NCBI GenBank assembly: GCA_044229975.1
Contig: JBGARZ010000001.1
Span: 192,001-256,000 of the forward strand
Origin: Polyangiales bacterium
Lineage (GTDB): Bacteria; Myxococcota_A; Polyangia; Polyangiales; Ga0077539
Direction: 5' to 3'
Length of the DNA stretch: 64,000 bases
In this document: positions 1-9,110 of the stretch, in pieces
How positions within the stretch are numbered: the stretch's first letter is position 1
Layout of the letters: every line of letters begins with the position of its first letter
Made by a program: the position numbers and the translations under genes
The notes under the pieces: generated by a model
Told to the model about the DNA's origin: nothing
The model's database searches: none
What the model saw: only the letters and a program-made list of their open reading frames with translations

Positions 1-2
1 AC

Positions 3-398
3 GCCGAGCTCGCCGAGCGCGTTCGCATCGTCGACGAGAGCGAGCACTTCGTCGCCCTCTGCCCGTGGGCCTCGGCCCGCTCACTGGAGACATGGGTGGT
101 CCCGCGCGCTCCCATCGCCCACTTCGGCGCCACGCCCGACGCGCTGCTGCTCCCCTTCGCGACGATGCTCCGCGCCACGCTTCGACGGGTGCGACAGGCT
201 TCGGGCGACGCCGACTACAACCTGCTCTTGCGCCAGCCCGCGCGCGCCCGGTGGAGCGAACCCTGGGCCCACTGGTTCATGGAGATCCAGGTGCGGCGCG
301 GCGGCGACGCGGGCTTCGAGCTCTCCAGCGGAACACCCTGCGCCGTCTTCTCTCCCGAAGAGTCGGCGGCCGCGCTGAGGGCGGTGGATGTTCTCTGA
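3..398 (+). CDS. Galactose-1-phosphate uridylyltransferase (GalT)-like / HIT-fold protein, C-terminal part (runs off window start)
   Basis: Frame is open from base 3: RIVDESEHFVALCPWAS..ETWVVP..YNLLL..HWFMEI..AGFELSSG..SPEESAAALR resembles the GalT C-terminal half. Confidence 0.7.
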   Translation, partial: AELAERVRIVDESEHFVALCPWASARSLETWVVPRAPIAHFGATPDALLLPFATMLRATLRRVRQASGDADYNLLLRQPARARWSEPWAHWFMEIQVRRGGDAGFELSSGTPCAVFSPEESAAALRAVDVL

Positions 399-1578
399 GC
401 GCACCGCCTGGATCACCGACCCTTCCCCGCTGAGCGTCGCCATCGCCGCGCGCCGCGCCAGCGCGGCTCCTCTCCTCGACCTCACCGTCTCCAACCCCAC
501 GCTGGTCGGACTCCCTCCCCTCCCCGACGCCCTCCGCGCGGCGCTCGCCGACCCCGGCGCCGCCGTCTACGACCCCGACCCCGCCGGGCCTCGGGCGGCG
601 CGCGTCGCCGTCGCGGACTACTACGCCTCGCTCGGTTGCGCCGTCGACCCCGACCGCGTGCGCCTCGCCGCCAGCACCAGCGAAGCCTACGGCTGGCTCT
701 TCAAGCTGCTCTGCGATCCGGGTGACTCCATCCTCGTCGCGCACCCGAGCTATCCCCTGCTCGATGACCTCGCGCGCCTCGAAGGCGTCGCCCTCGCGGC
801 CGTCCCCTCGACGTGGTTCGGTCGATGGGAGCTCGACCTCGACGCCCTCGATCGCACCATCACGCCGCGCACCCGCGCGATCACCCTCGTCCATCCCAAC
901 AACCCGTCGGGCGCCTACGTCACGCGCGAACTCCGTGACGCCGTCGTCGCGCGCTGCCGTCGGCACCAGCTCGCGCTCATCATCGACGAGGTCTTTCTCG
1001 ACTACGCGCACCGCGAAGACCCCGAACGAGCACCGAGCTTCGTGACCTGCGGTGACGTCCTGACGTTCACCTTGAGCGGGCTCAGCAAGGCGCTCGCGCT
1101 CCCGCAGATGAAGCTCGGCTGGGTTCACGTCGGCGGCCCCTCCCCCGACCGCGACGAGGCCCTCCGTCGCCTCGAACACATCGCCGACAGCTACCTCTCG
1201 GTGGGCGCTCCGGTGCTCCGCGCGGCGCCCGTCTGGCTGCGACGCCGCGACCAGCTCCAACGCCCCGTTCGCGAGCGCATCGCGCACAACCTCGGCTCAC
1301 TACGCCGCGCGGTGACCTCCGCGAGCGCGGTGAGCGTGCTGCCCGTGGAGGGCGGCTGGAGCGTGGTGCTGCGCGTCCCCAACACACGCCCCGAGGACGA
1401 GTGGGTGATGGCGTTGCTCGACGCGGGAGTGCTGGTGCAGCCGGGGTACTTCTTCGACCTGCCCGGCGACGGCTATCTGGTGCTGAGTCTGCTGACGGCG
1501 GAGGAGGACTTCGCGGAGGGAGTGGCCCGACTGCTGGCGCGCGTCGAGACCGACGAGGCGACTACTCCAGCTCGTTGA
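388..1578 (+). CDS. PLP-dependent aminotransferase, class I/II
   Basis: HPNNPSG, IIDEVF, SGLSKALALPQMKLGW (PLP lysine) motifs. Confidence 0.9.
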   Translation: MFSERTAWITDPSPLSVAIAARRASAAPLLDLTVSNPTLVGLPPLPDALRAALADPGAAVYDPDPAGPRAARVAVADYYASLGCAVDPDRVRLAASTSEAYGWLFKLLCDPGDSILVAHPSYPLLDDLARLEGVALAAVPSTWFGRWELDLDALDRTITPRTRAITLVHPNNPSGAYVTRELRDAVVARCRRHQLALIIDEVFLDYAHREDPERAPSFVTCGDVLTFTLSGLSKALALPQMKLGWVHVGGPSPDRDEALRRLEHIADSYLSVGAPVLRAAPVWLRRRDQLQRPVRERIAHNLGSLRRAVTSASAVSVLPVEGGWSVVLRVPNTRPEDEWVMALLDAGVLVQPGYFFDLPGDGYLVLSLLTAEEDFAEGVARLLARVETDEATTPAR

Positions 1579-2080
1579 CAACGTGCAGGCGCGTGCCCTG
1601 GATCTCGCCCGAGTTCATGACACCCGAGCGCTCGAAGGTGGACAGCACCGTGTCGCCGTCGATGTCGCCGATGGCGCGCGCGGTGAAGCCCGACGACGAA
1701 CCCTCCGTCGCGTACTGGTAGTAGTGCGGGCGGTCGATGACGAAGCCGAGGGAGTTCCACGAGCTGCTGTTCATCCAGAGGGTGACCGACGCGGGGTACT
1801 TGCTCGCGCTGGGGGCAGCCGTCGGGAGCTGCTCGCAGGTGGCGAAGGTCGTCGCGCTCGATCGCTCCTGGGTGTTCTCGTAGTAGGCGAGCTGGAGGCG
1901 GTACATCGAGCTCACCGTGGCCGTCGCCTCGGCGGTCTTTCCGCGCTTCACGTAGCGGCTGAAGGCCGGCACCGCGATGGCCGCGAGCAAACCCATGATG
2001 ACCACCACGATCATCAGCTCGACCAGCGTGAAGCCACGGCGCAACGGACCCCACACACGAGACACGCGCTCGACCTTCAT
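1562..2080 (-). CDS. Type IV pilin (PilA-like prepilin)
   Basis: Class III signal RRG|FTLVELMIVVVIMGLLAAIAVPAF; ATG at 2080 is preceded by an AGGAGG RBS. Confidence 0.9.
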   Translation of the reverse strand: MKVERVSRVWGPLRRGFTLVELMIVVVIMGLLAAIAVPAFSRYVKRGKTAEATATVSSMYRLQLAYYENTQERSSATTFATCEQLPTAAPSASKYPASVTLWMNSSSWNSLGFVIDRPHYYQYATEGSSSGFTARAIGDIDGDTVLSTFERSGVMNSGEIQGTRLHVVNELE

Positions 2081-2183
2081 GACGCCTCCTTCACCCACAC
2101 CGACGACACCTCGGGTGAGGGCAGCTGCCCTCACACCACCCTGTCGCATTGCCGACGCAACCATCACCACGGGTGACGCGCGG

Positions 2184-2199
2184 AGCACTTCGTATGCCG
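2184..2199 (-). promoter_or_regulatory. Putative sigma-54 -24/-12 promoter of the pilin gene
   Basis: Minus strand CGGCATACGAAGTGCT = GG-N10-GC with GGCA and TGCT context, about 100 bp upstream of the pilin ATG. Confidence 0.5.
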
Positions 2200-2347
2200 C
2201 GCGTACGAATGCCCGATGTCCCGATGGTGGCGCTGCGCAAGGCACAGACTCACTACGCAACCAATAGCAGGGCGGTGACGGAAGACGTCACCTCGTCCGC
2301 GGGTGGTGCGTTGAGGTCCAGCGACCGTTCGCACTACGATGTGCGCC

Positions 2348-3508
2348 ATGACCTCGCTCACGCACCTTTCCCCCGATGAAAAGATGTTCCGTGACGCCGT
2401 GACCGGGTTCGCCCGAGAGCGCGTCGCTCCTCGCGTCGCCTCGATGGACCACCACGGCGCCCTCGATAAAGAACTCCTCCCCGACCTCTTCGACCTCGGT
2501 GTCATGGGCATCGAGATCCCCGATCAGTACGGCGGTTCGGGCTCCAGCTTCTTCAACGCCGCGCTCGCCGTCGAGGCCTTCGCCACCGTCGACCCGAGCG
2601 TCTCGGTGCTCGTCGACGTGCAGAACACCCTGGTCGCCAACGCCGTCATCCGCTGGGCCACCGACGCGCAGAAGGAGAAGTACCTCACGAAGCTCGCGCG
2701 CGAGTGGGTGGGCTCCTACGCGTTGAGCGAAGCGGGCTCCGGCAGCGACGCGTTTGCCCTCGCGACGCGCGCGGAGAAGCGCGGCGACAAGTGGATCCTC
2801 AACGGCCGCAAGCTCTGGATCACCAACGCCAACGAGAGCTCGCTCTTCATCGTGCTCGCCAACGTCGACCCCACCAAGGGGTACAAGGGCATCACGGCCT
2901 TCCTCGTGGAGCGGAGCTTTCCCGGCTTCTCCGTGGGGAAGAAGGAAGACAAGCTCGGCATCCGCGCGTCGTCGACGTGTGAGCTCGTGCTGGAGGACTG
3001 CGAGGTGCCGCTCGACAACGTCCTCGGCGAGGTGGGCAAGGGCTACAAGATCGCCATCGAGACCCTCAACGAGGGCCGCATCGGCATCGGCGCGCAGATG
3101 CTCGGGACGGCCCAGGGAGCCTTCGATTTCGCCATGAAGTACATGCACGAGCGCAAGCAGTTCGGGCAGCTCATCGGCAACTTCCAGGGGATGCAGTTCC
3201 AGTACGCGCGCTGCGCGGTGGACATCGAGAGCGCGCGGTTGATGGTCTACAACGCCGCGCGCCTGAAGGACGCCGGGCTGCCGTTCATCAAGGAGGCGGC
3301 GATGGCCAAACTGCACGCGAGCGAGGTGGCCGAGCGGGTCGCGTCGCAGTGCGTGGAGTTCGTCGGCGGCGTCGGGTTCACCAAGGAGTACCCGTTGGAG
3401 AAGTTCTACCGCGACGCGAAGATCGGGAAGATCTACGAGGGCACGTCCAACATGCAGCTCCAGACCATCGCGAAGCTTCTCCAGTCGGAGTACGGCTTCA
3501 AGGCGTAG
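2348..3508 (+). CDS. Acyl-CoA dehydrogenase (short/branched-chain type)
   Basis: YALSEAGSGSDA, NGRKLWITN, KLGIRASST, IYEGTSNMQ. Confidence 0.95.
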   Translation: MTSLTHLSPDEKMFRDAVTGFARERVAPRVASMDHHGALDKELLPDLFDLGVMGIEIPDQYGGSGSSFFNAALAVEAFATVDPSVSVLVDVQNTLVANAVIRWATDAQKEKYLTKLAREWVGSYALSEAGSGSDAFALATRAEKRGDKWILNGRKLWITNANESSLFIVLANVDPTKGYKGITAFLVERSFPGFSVGKKEDKLGIRASSTCELVLEDCEVPLDNVLGEVGKGYKIAIETLNEGRIGIGAQMLGTAQGAFDFAMKYMHERKQFGQLIGNFQGMQFQYARCAVDIESARLMVYNAARLKDAGLPFIKEAAMAKLHASEVAERVASQCVEFVGGVGFTKEYPLEKFYRDAKIGKIYEGTSNMQLQTIAKLLQSEYGFKA

Positions 3509-4739
3509 TGCCCGCGTCCCCCCGATGGAGGTAGCGCTGCACGTTGCGGCGGTGCGCCTCCAGCGTCGGCGCGAAGGCCGATCGCCCGTCCCCCATCGCT
3601 ACAAAGTACAGGTCGTGATCGTCCGTCGGCGCGAGCGTCGCGGCGAGGGCGCGAGCACCCGGATTCGCGATGGGGCCGGGCGGCAGGCCCTCGTGCGCGT
3701 AGGTGTTGAAGGGGTTGGTGCCGTCGAGCAGCATCGCCCCGGTGATGACGCGGCGGACGCCGGCGTCGCCGTTGGTGCAGGTGGCGAGGGGCGTTCCGCG
3801 GGCGGCCATCGCGACGCAGCCGTAGGTGACGGTGGGGTCGCTCTGGAGGAGGCGCGGGCGAAACTCGGGGAGGCGCAGGCGGTTCCAGAAGACCGAGGCG
3901 ATGTGGGCGCGGTCGTCGGGGGCGCCGGTCTCGCGCTCGACGAGGGAGGCCAGCACGACGAGGGCGCGGTCGGCGGCGTCGAAGGTTCCAGTGGGCCCTG
4001 GTGGTGCGAGCGAGGCCGCGCGCGTGATGCCTTCGGGGTGCTGCTCCTTGAGGGCAGAGAAGCGCTGCGAGAACTCCGTGAGCATGCGATCGACGACGCG
4101 CTCAGGCGGTGAGTCGGGCGGCAGGTCGTAGGTCTCGGGGAAGAGGAAGCCTTCGACGGAGCCGGTGAGTCCGAGGCGCGCGAGCAGGGCCGGGTCTTCG
4201 GTGCGCGCGAGGAAGGCGGCGGCCGCACAGACGCCCGCGGACTCCAGGCGGCGCGCGATGTCGAAGCGGGTGTAGCCCTCCGGGATGGTCACGCGGACGA
4301 GCCCCGCGCTACCGCGGCGCAGCGTGCGGAGGATGGCGTAGGGCGTGAGGTCGTCGCGCAGCGCGATGGTTCCGCGGTGGGTGCTGCCGGCCGCACCGGT
4401 GAACGCCATCACGATGTGGAAGAGCCACGGGTGGTCGATGGCGCCGCCGGTCCAGAGGGCGCGCGTGATGGCGGCCGCGTCGGCGTCGTCGGCGATGGTC
4501 ACGCGGATGGGGCGACCGCGACCGTGGTGGGGCGTCTTGAGGTAGGCGAAGACACCGACGCCCGCGATGGCGGCGAGCACGGCGACGATGCCGAGGGTGA
4601 TCCAGAGCGGGCGGCGCGACGGAGGGCCGCCGCGCGAACGCGAGCGTGACCGGGACGCCCGCGGTTGCGGCGCCTTGCCGGGCGGCTTGGACGACGGCTT
4701 CGTCGGCTTGCTCGCTACGGGTCGGGGTCGTCCTGCCAT
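3498..4739 (-). CDS. mltG: Endolytic transglycosylase MltG (YceG)
   Basis: N-terminal TM helix; VTIPEG, EGFLFPETY, LASLVERET, LQSDPT, NTY..GLPPGPIANPG, YFVA. Confidence 0.92.
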   Translation of the reverse strand: MAGRPRPVASKPTKPSSKPPGKAPQPRASRSRSRSRGGPPSRRPLWITLGIVAVLAAIAGVGVFAYLKTPHHGRGRPIRVTIADDADAAAITRALWTGGAIDHPWLFHIVMAFTGAAGSTHRGTIALRDDLTPYAILRTLRRGSAGLVRVTIPEGYTRFDIARRLESAGVCAAAAFLARTEDPALLARLGLTGSVEGFLFPETYDLPPDSPPERVVDRMLTEFSQRFSALKEQHPEGITRAASLAPPGPTGTFDAADRALVVLASLVERETGAPDDRAHIASVFWNRLRLPEFRPRLLQSDPTVTYGCVAMAARGTPLATCTNGDAGVRRVITGAMLLDGTNPFNTYAHEGLPPGPIANPGARALAATLAPTDDHDLYFVAMGDGRSAFAPTLEAHRRNVQRYLHRGDAGTTP

Positions 4740-5149
4740 GTGCCTGGTCCCGCCTTCGCGTCGACGTACGCCTGCAACAGGATCGCCGCGGCCTCGGCGT
4801 CGATGCCGTCCCTCCCCTTGCGCCCGAGCGCGATGCGCGCGCGCTGGGCCTGCACCGTGGTCAGCCGCTCGTCCCACATGATGACCGCGACCTTCGTCTT
4901 GCGACCGAGCAGCTCACCGAAGCGCCGCGCCGCGCGGGCCTTCATCCCCTCGCTGCCGTCCATGTTGAGCGGGAGCCCGATGACCAGCTCCTCGGGCGCC
5001 TCGCGCTTCACCACCACCGACACCGCGTTGACCGCCTGCGTCGGCTCCGTCAGCACCACCGTCTCCAACGGCCGCGCCGGAACGCCGTCCTCCTCGTGCA
5101 GCGCCACGCCCACGCGACGGTCGCCGAGGTCGATGCCGAGGCGCTTCAC
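4715..5149 (-). CDS. ruvX: YqgF/RuvX family nuclease
   Basis: LGIDLGDRRVGVA, VIGLPLNMDG, WDERLTT, IDAEAAAILLQAY; GTG start overlaps the upstream stop. Confidence 0.93.
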   Translation of the reverse strand: MKRLGIDLGDRRVGVALHEEDGVPARPLETVVLTEPTQAVNAVSVVVKREAPEELVIGLPLNMDGSEGMKARAARRFGELLGRKTKVAVIMWDERLTTVQAQRARIALGRKGRDGIDAEAAAILLQAYVDAKAGPGTWQDDPDP

Positions 5150-6042
5150 GCGAGGCCCTCTTCGAAGACGACTGTCCCGTCGCCGCGCAGCGTGACCCGC
5201 GCGCCCTGCACCCACGGGCGATGCACGGTGCCGTGTCCGAAGGGAGCTCCCGCCAGGACGGGCACGCCGAGCGACCCCAATCGCTCGCGCAAGACCTCCT
5301 CGACAGTGACCCCATCGCGGCCGGGCTCACATCGAACGAACCCTCCCGACACCACGCCCACCACACCGTCGAGCGCGCCCGACGAGCGCAGCGTCGTGAG
5401 CATGCGATCGACGCGGTAGGGCGCTTCGCCGACCTCCTCCACGAAGAGCACCCGACCGCGCAGATCGAGCTGCCAGGGTGTCCCCACCAGGGCCGCGAGC
5501 AGCGCGAGGTTGCCGCCCGCCGCGACACCCGTGACAGTGCCCGCCGACCACGCCTGCAACCCCGTCCACGGCGCCGGAACAGCGCCCTCCAGCACCGCGA
5601 CGAGCTCGTCGTCACCGCCGCAGCGACCGAGGCCCAGCACCATGGTCCCGTGCACCGAGCGAACGCCCGCCCGCGACCACACCGCGTGCAGCGCCGTGAT
5701 GTCGCTGAACCCCACCAGGGGCTTCGGATCGTCGCGCAGCGTCGCGACCCAGCGATCCGCGTGTCCATCGAGCAAGCGCGTCGCTCCGTAGCCGCCGCGC
5801 GCCGCAACCACGGCTCGCACGGTGCGATCGGTGATGGCCGTCGTGACGTCCGCCGCCCGCGCGTCATCGGCGCCTGCGAGGAAGCCAGCGCGCTCTCTCG
5901 CTGAGGCACCGACGCTCACCCGGTAGCGCGTCGCGCACCACGCGAGGCCGACGTCGAGCGCGTCAGAGTCGACCGCCCCGCTCGGCGACACCACCGCGAT
6001 GGCGTCACCCGCCTTCAGCGGAGCGAGCGGGGGAAAGGTCAC
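5146..6042 (-). CDS. ldcA: LD-carboxypeptidase (peptidase S66)
   Basis: ARGGYGA, GFSDIT, GGNLALL, EEVGEAPYRVDRML, PFGHG. Confidence 0.9.
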   Translation of the reverse strand: MTFPPLAPLKAGDAIAVVSPSGAVDSDALDVGLAWCATRYRVSVGASARERAGFLAGADDARAADVTTAITDRTVRAVVAARGGYGATRLLDGHADRWVATLRDDPKPLVGFSDITALHAVWSRAGVRSVHGTMVLGLGRCGGDDELVAVLEGAVPAPWTGLQAWSAGTVTGVAAGGNLALLAALVGTPWQLDLRGRVLFVEEVGEAPYRVDRMLTTLRSSGALDGVVGVVSGGFVRCEPGRDGVTVEEVLRERLGSLGVPVLAGAPFGHGTVHRPWVQGARVTLRGDGTVVFEEGLA

Positions 6043-6905
6043 GGCTTGACCGGGCGACGACCGTCGGCCGTGAGCAGCACGTCGTAGAGGTCGGCGCGTC
6101 GATCGCGGAAGAAGCCCCAGGCCCCACGCATCCGGCGCGTCTCGGCGAGGTCGAAGGTCGCGATGGCAGCGCCCTCTTCGGTGCGCGACAGCTCGGCCAC
6201 CTTGTCGCCGCGGTGGTTGGCGCAGAACGAACTGCCGTAGAAGACCTGTCCCTCTTCGGTTCCGATGCGGTTGGCGCCGCACACGGGGACGATGTTGGAC
6301 ACGGCGTGGCCGATCATCGCGCGCTGCCACGGGTCGCGGGTGTCGAGCGTCGGGTCGTGCGGCTCGCTCCCGATGGCGGTCGGGTAGAGCAGCAGCTCGG
6401 CGCCCATCAGCATCATCGCGCGGGCGCACTCGGGGTACCACTGGTCCCAGCAGATGCCGACGCCGAGGCTGCCGTGGCGGGTGTTCCAGACCTTGAAGCC
6501 AGTGTCGCCGGGGCGGAAGTAGAACTTCTCCTCGTAGCCCGGACCATCGGGGATGTGGCTCTTGCGGTAGAGGCCCATCACCGTTCCGTCGGCGTCGACC
6601 ATCGCGAGGCTGTTGTAGTAGGCCTGCCCCGCGCGCTCGAAGAACGACACCGGGATCACCACCCCGAGCTCACGCGCCAGGTCGGCGAAGCGGGCGATGG
6701 TGGGGTTGCCCTCGAAGGGCATCGCGCGGAGCAGTTCGCGCTCGTCCTCGACCCGGCAGAAGTACGGCCCCTCGAAGAGCTCGGGCGGAAGGATGACGTT
6801 GGCGCCCTTCGCGGCGGCGGCGCGGACGTGATCGACGACCCGCGCGGTGTTGGTCTCGCGGTCATCACCGAGGGGACATTGGAGTACGGCGACGGTGGTG
6901 TTCAT
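6039..6905 (-). CDS. aguB: N-carbamoylputrescine amidase
   Basis: Nitrilase fold: PELF, YRKSHIPDGPGYEEKFYF, GICWDQWYPE, YPTAIGSEP. Confidence 0.93.
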   Translation of the reverse strand: MNTTVAVLQCPLGDDRETNTARVVDHVRAAAAKGANVILPPELFEGPYFCRVEDERELLRAMPFEGNPTIARFADLARELGVVIPVSFFERAGQAYYNSLAMVDADGTVMGLYRKSHIPDGPGYEEKFYFRPGDTGFKVWNTRHGSLGVGICWDQWYPECARAMMLMGAELLLYPTAIGSEPHDPTLDTRDPWQRAMIGHAVSNIVPVCGANRIGTEEGQVFYGSSFCANHRGDKVAELSRTEEGAAIATFDLAETRRMRGAWGFFRDRRADLYDVLLTADGRRPVKP

Positions 6906-7930
6906 GGGCGTGCCTTCGGCGAGGGCTGCTGCTGCGAGATGCAGTGGAACGCACCGCCGCCCGCGAGGATGGCGAGCGCGTCGACGGCCTCGACCCGGCG
7001 ACCCGGGAAGAGCTTCTCCACGGCCATCAGCGCCGCGTCGTCGTAGGTGGTCTGGTAGGTCGGCACCACCACCGTGCGGTTGCCGATGTAGAAGTTGAGG
7101 TGACTGGCGGGCATCACGCGGCCGTCGTGGTCTTCGACACGGCCCGGCGACGGCACGAACACCAGCTCGATGGGGCGGCCGAGGGCGTCGCGCTGGCCGG
7201 TGAGCTCGTCGCGCAGGCGGTGGAGGATGTCGCGGTTGGGATCATCGCTGCCCGACGGCTCCATGAGCGCGACGACGCCGGGCGCGACGAAGCGTGCGAT
7301 GGTGTCGATGTGGCCGTCGGTGTGGTCGTTGAGGAGGCCGTCGGTGACCCACAGCATCCGCTCGCCACCGAAGGCATCGAGCACCGCGCGGGTGATGGCC
7401 GACTCGTCGAGCCCGGGGTTGCGGTTGGGGTTGAGCAGACACTGTCGCGAGGTGAGCACCGTCCCATCGCCGTCGACCTCGATGCTGCCGCCCTCCAACA
7501 CCAGGTCGTGGCGCACCGTGCGAAGGCCCGCCGCGAGGGCGACGCGACCGCTCACCTCAGCGTCGTGGGGCAGGTCGTACTTGCCACCCCAGCCGTTGAA
7601 GGCGAAGCACGAAGCGACCACCGCGCCGGACGCGTCGTGCATGAAGACGGGCGCCGTGTCGCGCACCCAGATGTCGCCGAAGGGGATGGCGTGGAAGCGC
7701 GCGTCGAGGCCGTCGAGGGCGGTGCGCGCGAGGGCCTCGTTGGCGGGGTCGGGGCAGAGCACGTCGAGGCGCTCGCCGCCGTCGCGGGCGATGGCGCGGG
7801 CGAGTTCGACGAAGGACTCGCGGGCATCGGGGAGCGCCTCCTGCCAGAGGTGTTCGTGGCTCGGCCAGGCGAGCCAGACCGCGTCGTGGTGGGCCCACTC
7901 GGCGGGCTGTCGAAGGAGGTCGGTAGCCAT
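6902..7930 (-). CDS. aguA: Agmatine deiminase
   Basis: PAEWAHH, DIWVRD, LEGGSIEVDG, DHTDGHID, GGAFHCISQQQP. Confidence 0.93.
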   Translation of the reverse strand: MATDLLRQPAEWAHHDAVWLAWPSHEHLWQEALPDARESFVELARAIARDGGERLDVLCPDPANEALARTALDGLDARFHAIPFGDIWVRDTAPVFMHDASGAVVASCFAFNGWGGKYDLPHDAEVSGRVALAAGLRTVRHDLVLEGGSIEVDGDGTVLTSRQCLLNPNRNPGLDESAITRAVLDAFGGERMLWVTDGLLNDHTDGHIDTIARFVAPGVVALMEPSGSDDPNRDILHRLRDELTGQRDALGRPIELVFVPSPGRVEDHDGRVMPASHLNFYIGNRTVVVPTYQTTYDDAALMAVEKLFPGRRVEAVDALAILAGGGAFHCISQQQPSPKARP

Positions 7931-8015
7931 ATGGGGCGCGGACACTACTACCGCGACGCAGACGGAGCGAGCGTTGGCCCGACCGCAGGCGTTGTGCTCT
8001 CTTTCGCGCCCTCCC

Positions 8016-9107
8016 ATGGACGCCCGACACGAAGAACTCTCCACCGAGCTCGCCGCCGCCGCGGTGCGCGCACTCAACGAAGACTGGCGCAACCTCAACT
8101 ACGGCCTCTTCCAGGACCGCATGCGGCCGCCCTCGATGCTGCTCTCGTCGGCGACCGGCTTCCTCGGTCGCTGGGTGCGCGTCGGTCGCACCATCGAGAT
8201 GTCGCGGAGCTTCATCCTCGCCCAGCCCTGGGGCGTCGTCATGGAAGTGCTGAAGCACGAGATGGCGCACCAGTACGTCGACGAGGTCATCGGCGTGCGT
8301 GACGAGACCGCCCACGGCCCGGTGTTCCAGAAGGTGTGCGCCGACCGCGGCATCGACGGTGGCGCGACGGGCGTCCCCACGGCGAGCGGCGGCGGTGACC
8401 CGGGCACGGCCGCGGTGCTCGACAAGATCGCCAAGCTCCTCGCGCTCGCCGGCAGTCCCAACGAGCACGAGGCCCAGCTCGCGATGAACACCGCGCAGAA
8501 GCTGATGCTCAAGCACAACCTCGACGCGGTGCGCGCGAAGGCGGCGCGGGGGTACATCCACAAGCACCTCGGCGAGCCCACCGGGCGGGTGGAGGAGGCG
8601 GCGCGCTACCTCGCGGCGATCCTGTCGGAGCACTTCTTCGTGCAGTGCATCTGGGTCGGCGTGTGGCGCGTGCGCGAGGGCAAGTCGGGCTCGGTGCTGG
8701 AGGTCATCGGCACGACCGAAAACGTCGCCATGGCGGAGTACGTGTACTCGTTTCTCGACCACACGGCCGACGCCCAGTGGACGCTGCACAAGCGCGCCAA
8801 CAACATCCGCGTCGACCGCGACCGCCGCGCCTTCCGCACTGGCGTGATGATGGGCTTCTTGGAGAAGCTGCGCGCCGAGCGGAAGGGCCAGCAGGAGACC
8901 GGGCTCGTGTGGGCGGGCGATCCGGCGCTGGAGGCGCACTACCACCGGCGGTATCCGCGCATCCGCGCGATCAGTCGATCGGGGGCGACACGCACCGAGG
9001 CCCACGCGGAAGGCCGCGAGGCGGGCAAGACCCTCGTGCTGCACAAGGGCGTCGATGGTGGGAGAGGGTCGTCGGGCGGCGGCGGGTTGCTCGGCCCGTC
9101 GCGCTGA
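8016..9107 (+). CDS. SprT-like HExxH metalloprotease domain plus DUF2786-like domain protein
   Basis: LKHEMAHQY...AHGPVF; KIAKLLALAGSPNEHEAQLA is typical of DUF2786. Confidence 0.75.
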   Translation: MDARHEELSTELAAAAVRALNEDWRNLNYGLFQDRMRPPSMLLSSATGFLGRWVRVGRTIEMSRSFILAQPWGVVMEVLKHEMAHQYVDEVIGVRDETAHGPVFQKVCADRGIDGGATGVPTASGGGDPGTAAVLDKIAKLLALAGSPNEHEAQLAMNTAQKLMLKHNLDAVRAKAARGYIHKHLGEPTGRVEEAARYLAAILSEHFFVQCIWVGVWRVREGKSGSVLEVIGTTENVAMAEYVYSFLDHTADAQWTLHKRANNIRVDRDRRAFRTGVMMGFLEKLRAERKGQQETGLVWAGDPALEAHYHRRYPRIRAISRSGATRTEAHAEGREAGKTLVLHKGVDGGRGSSGGGGLLGPSR

Positions 9108-9110
9108 TCG

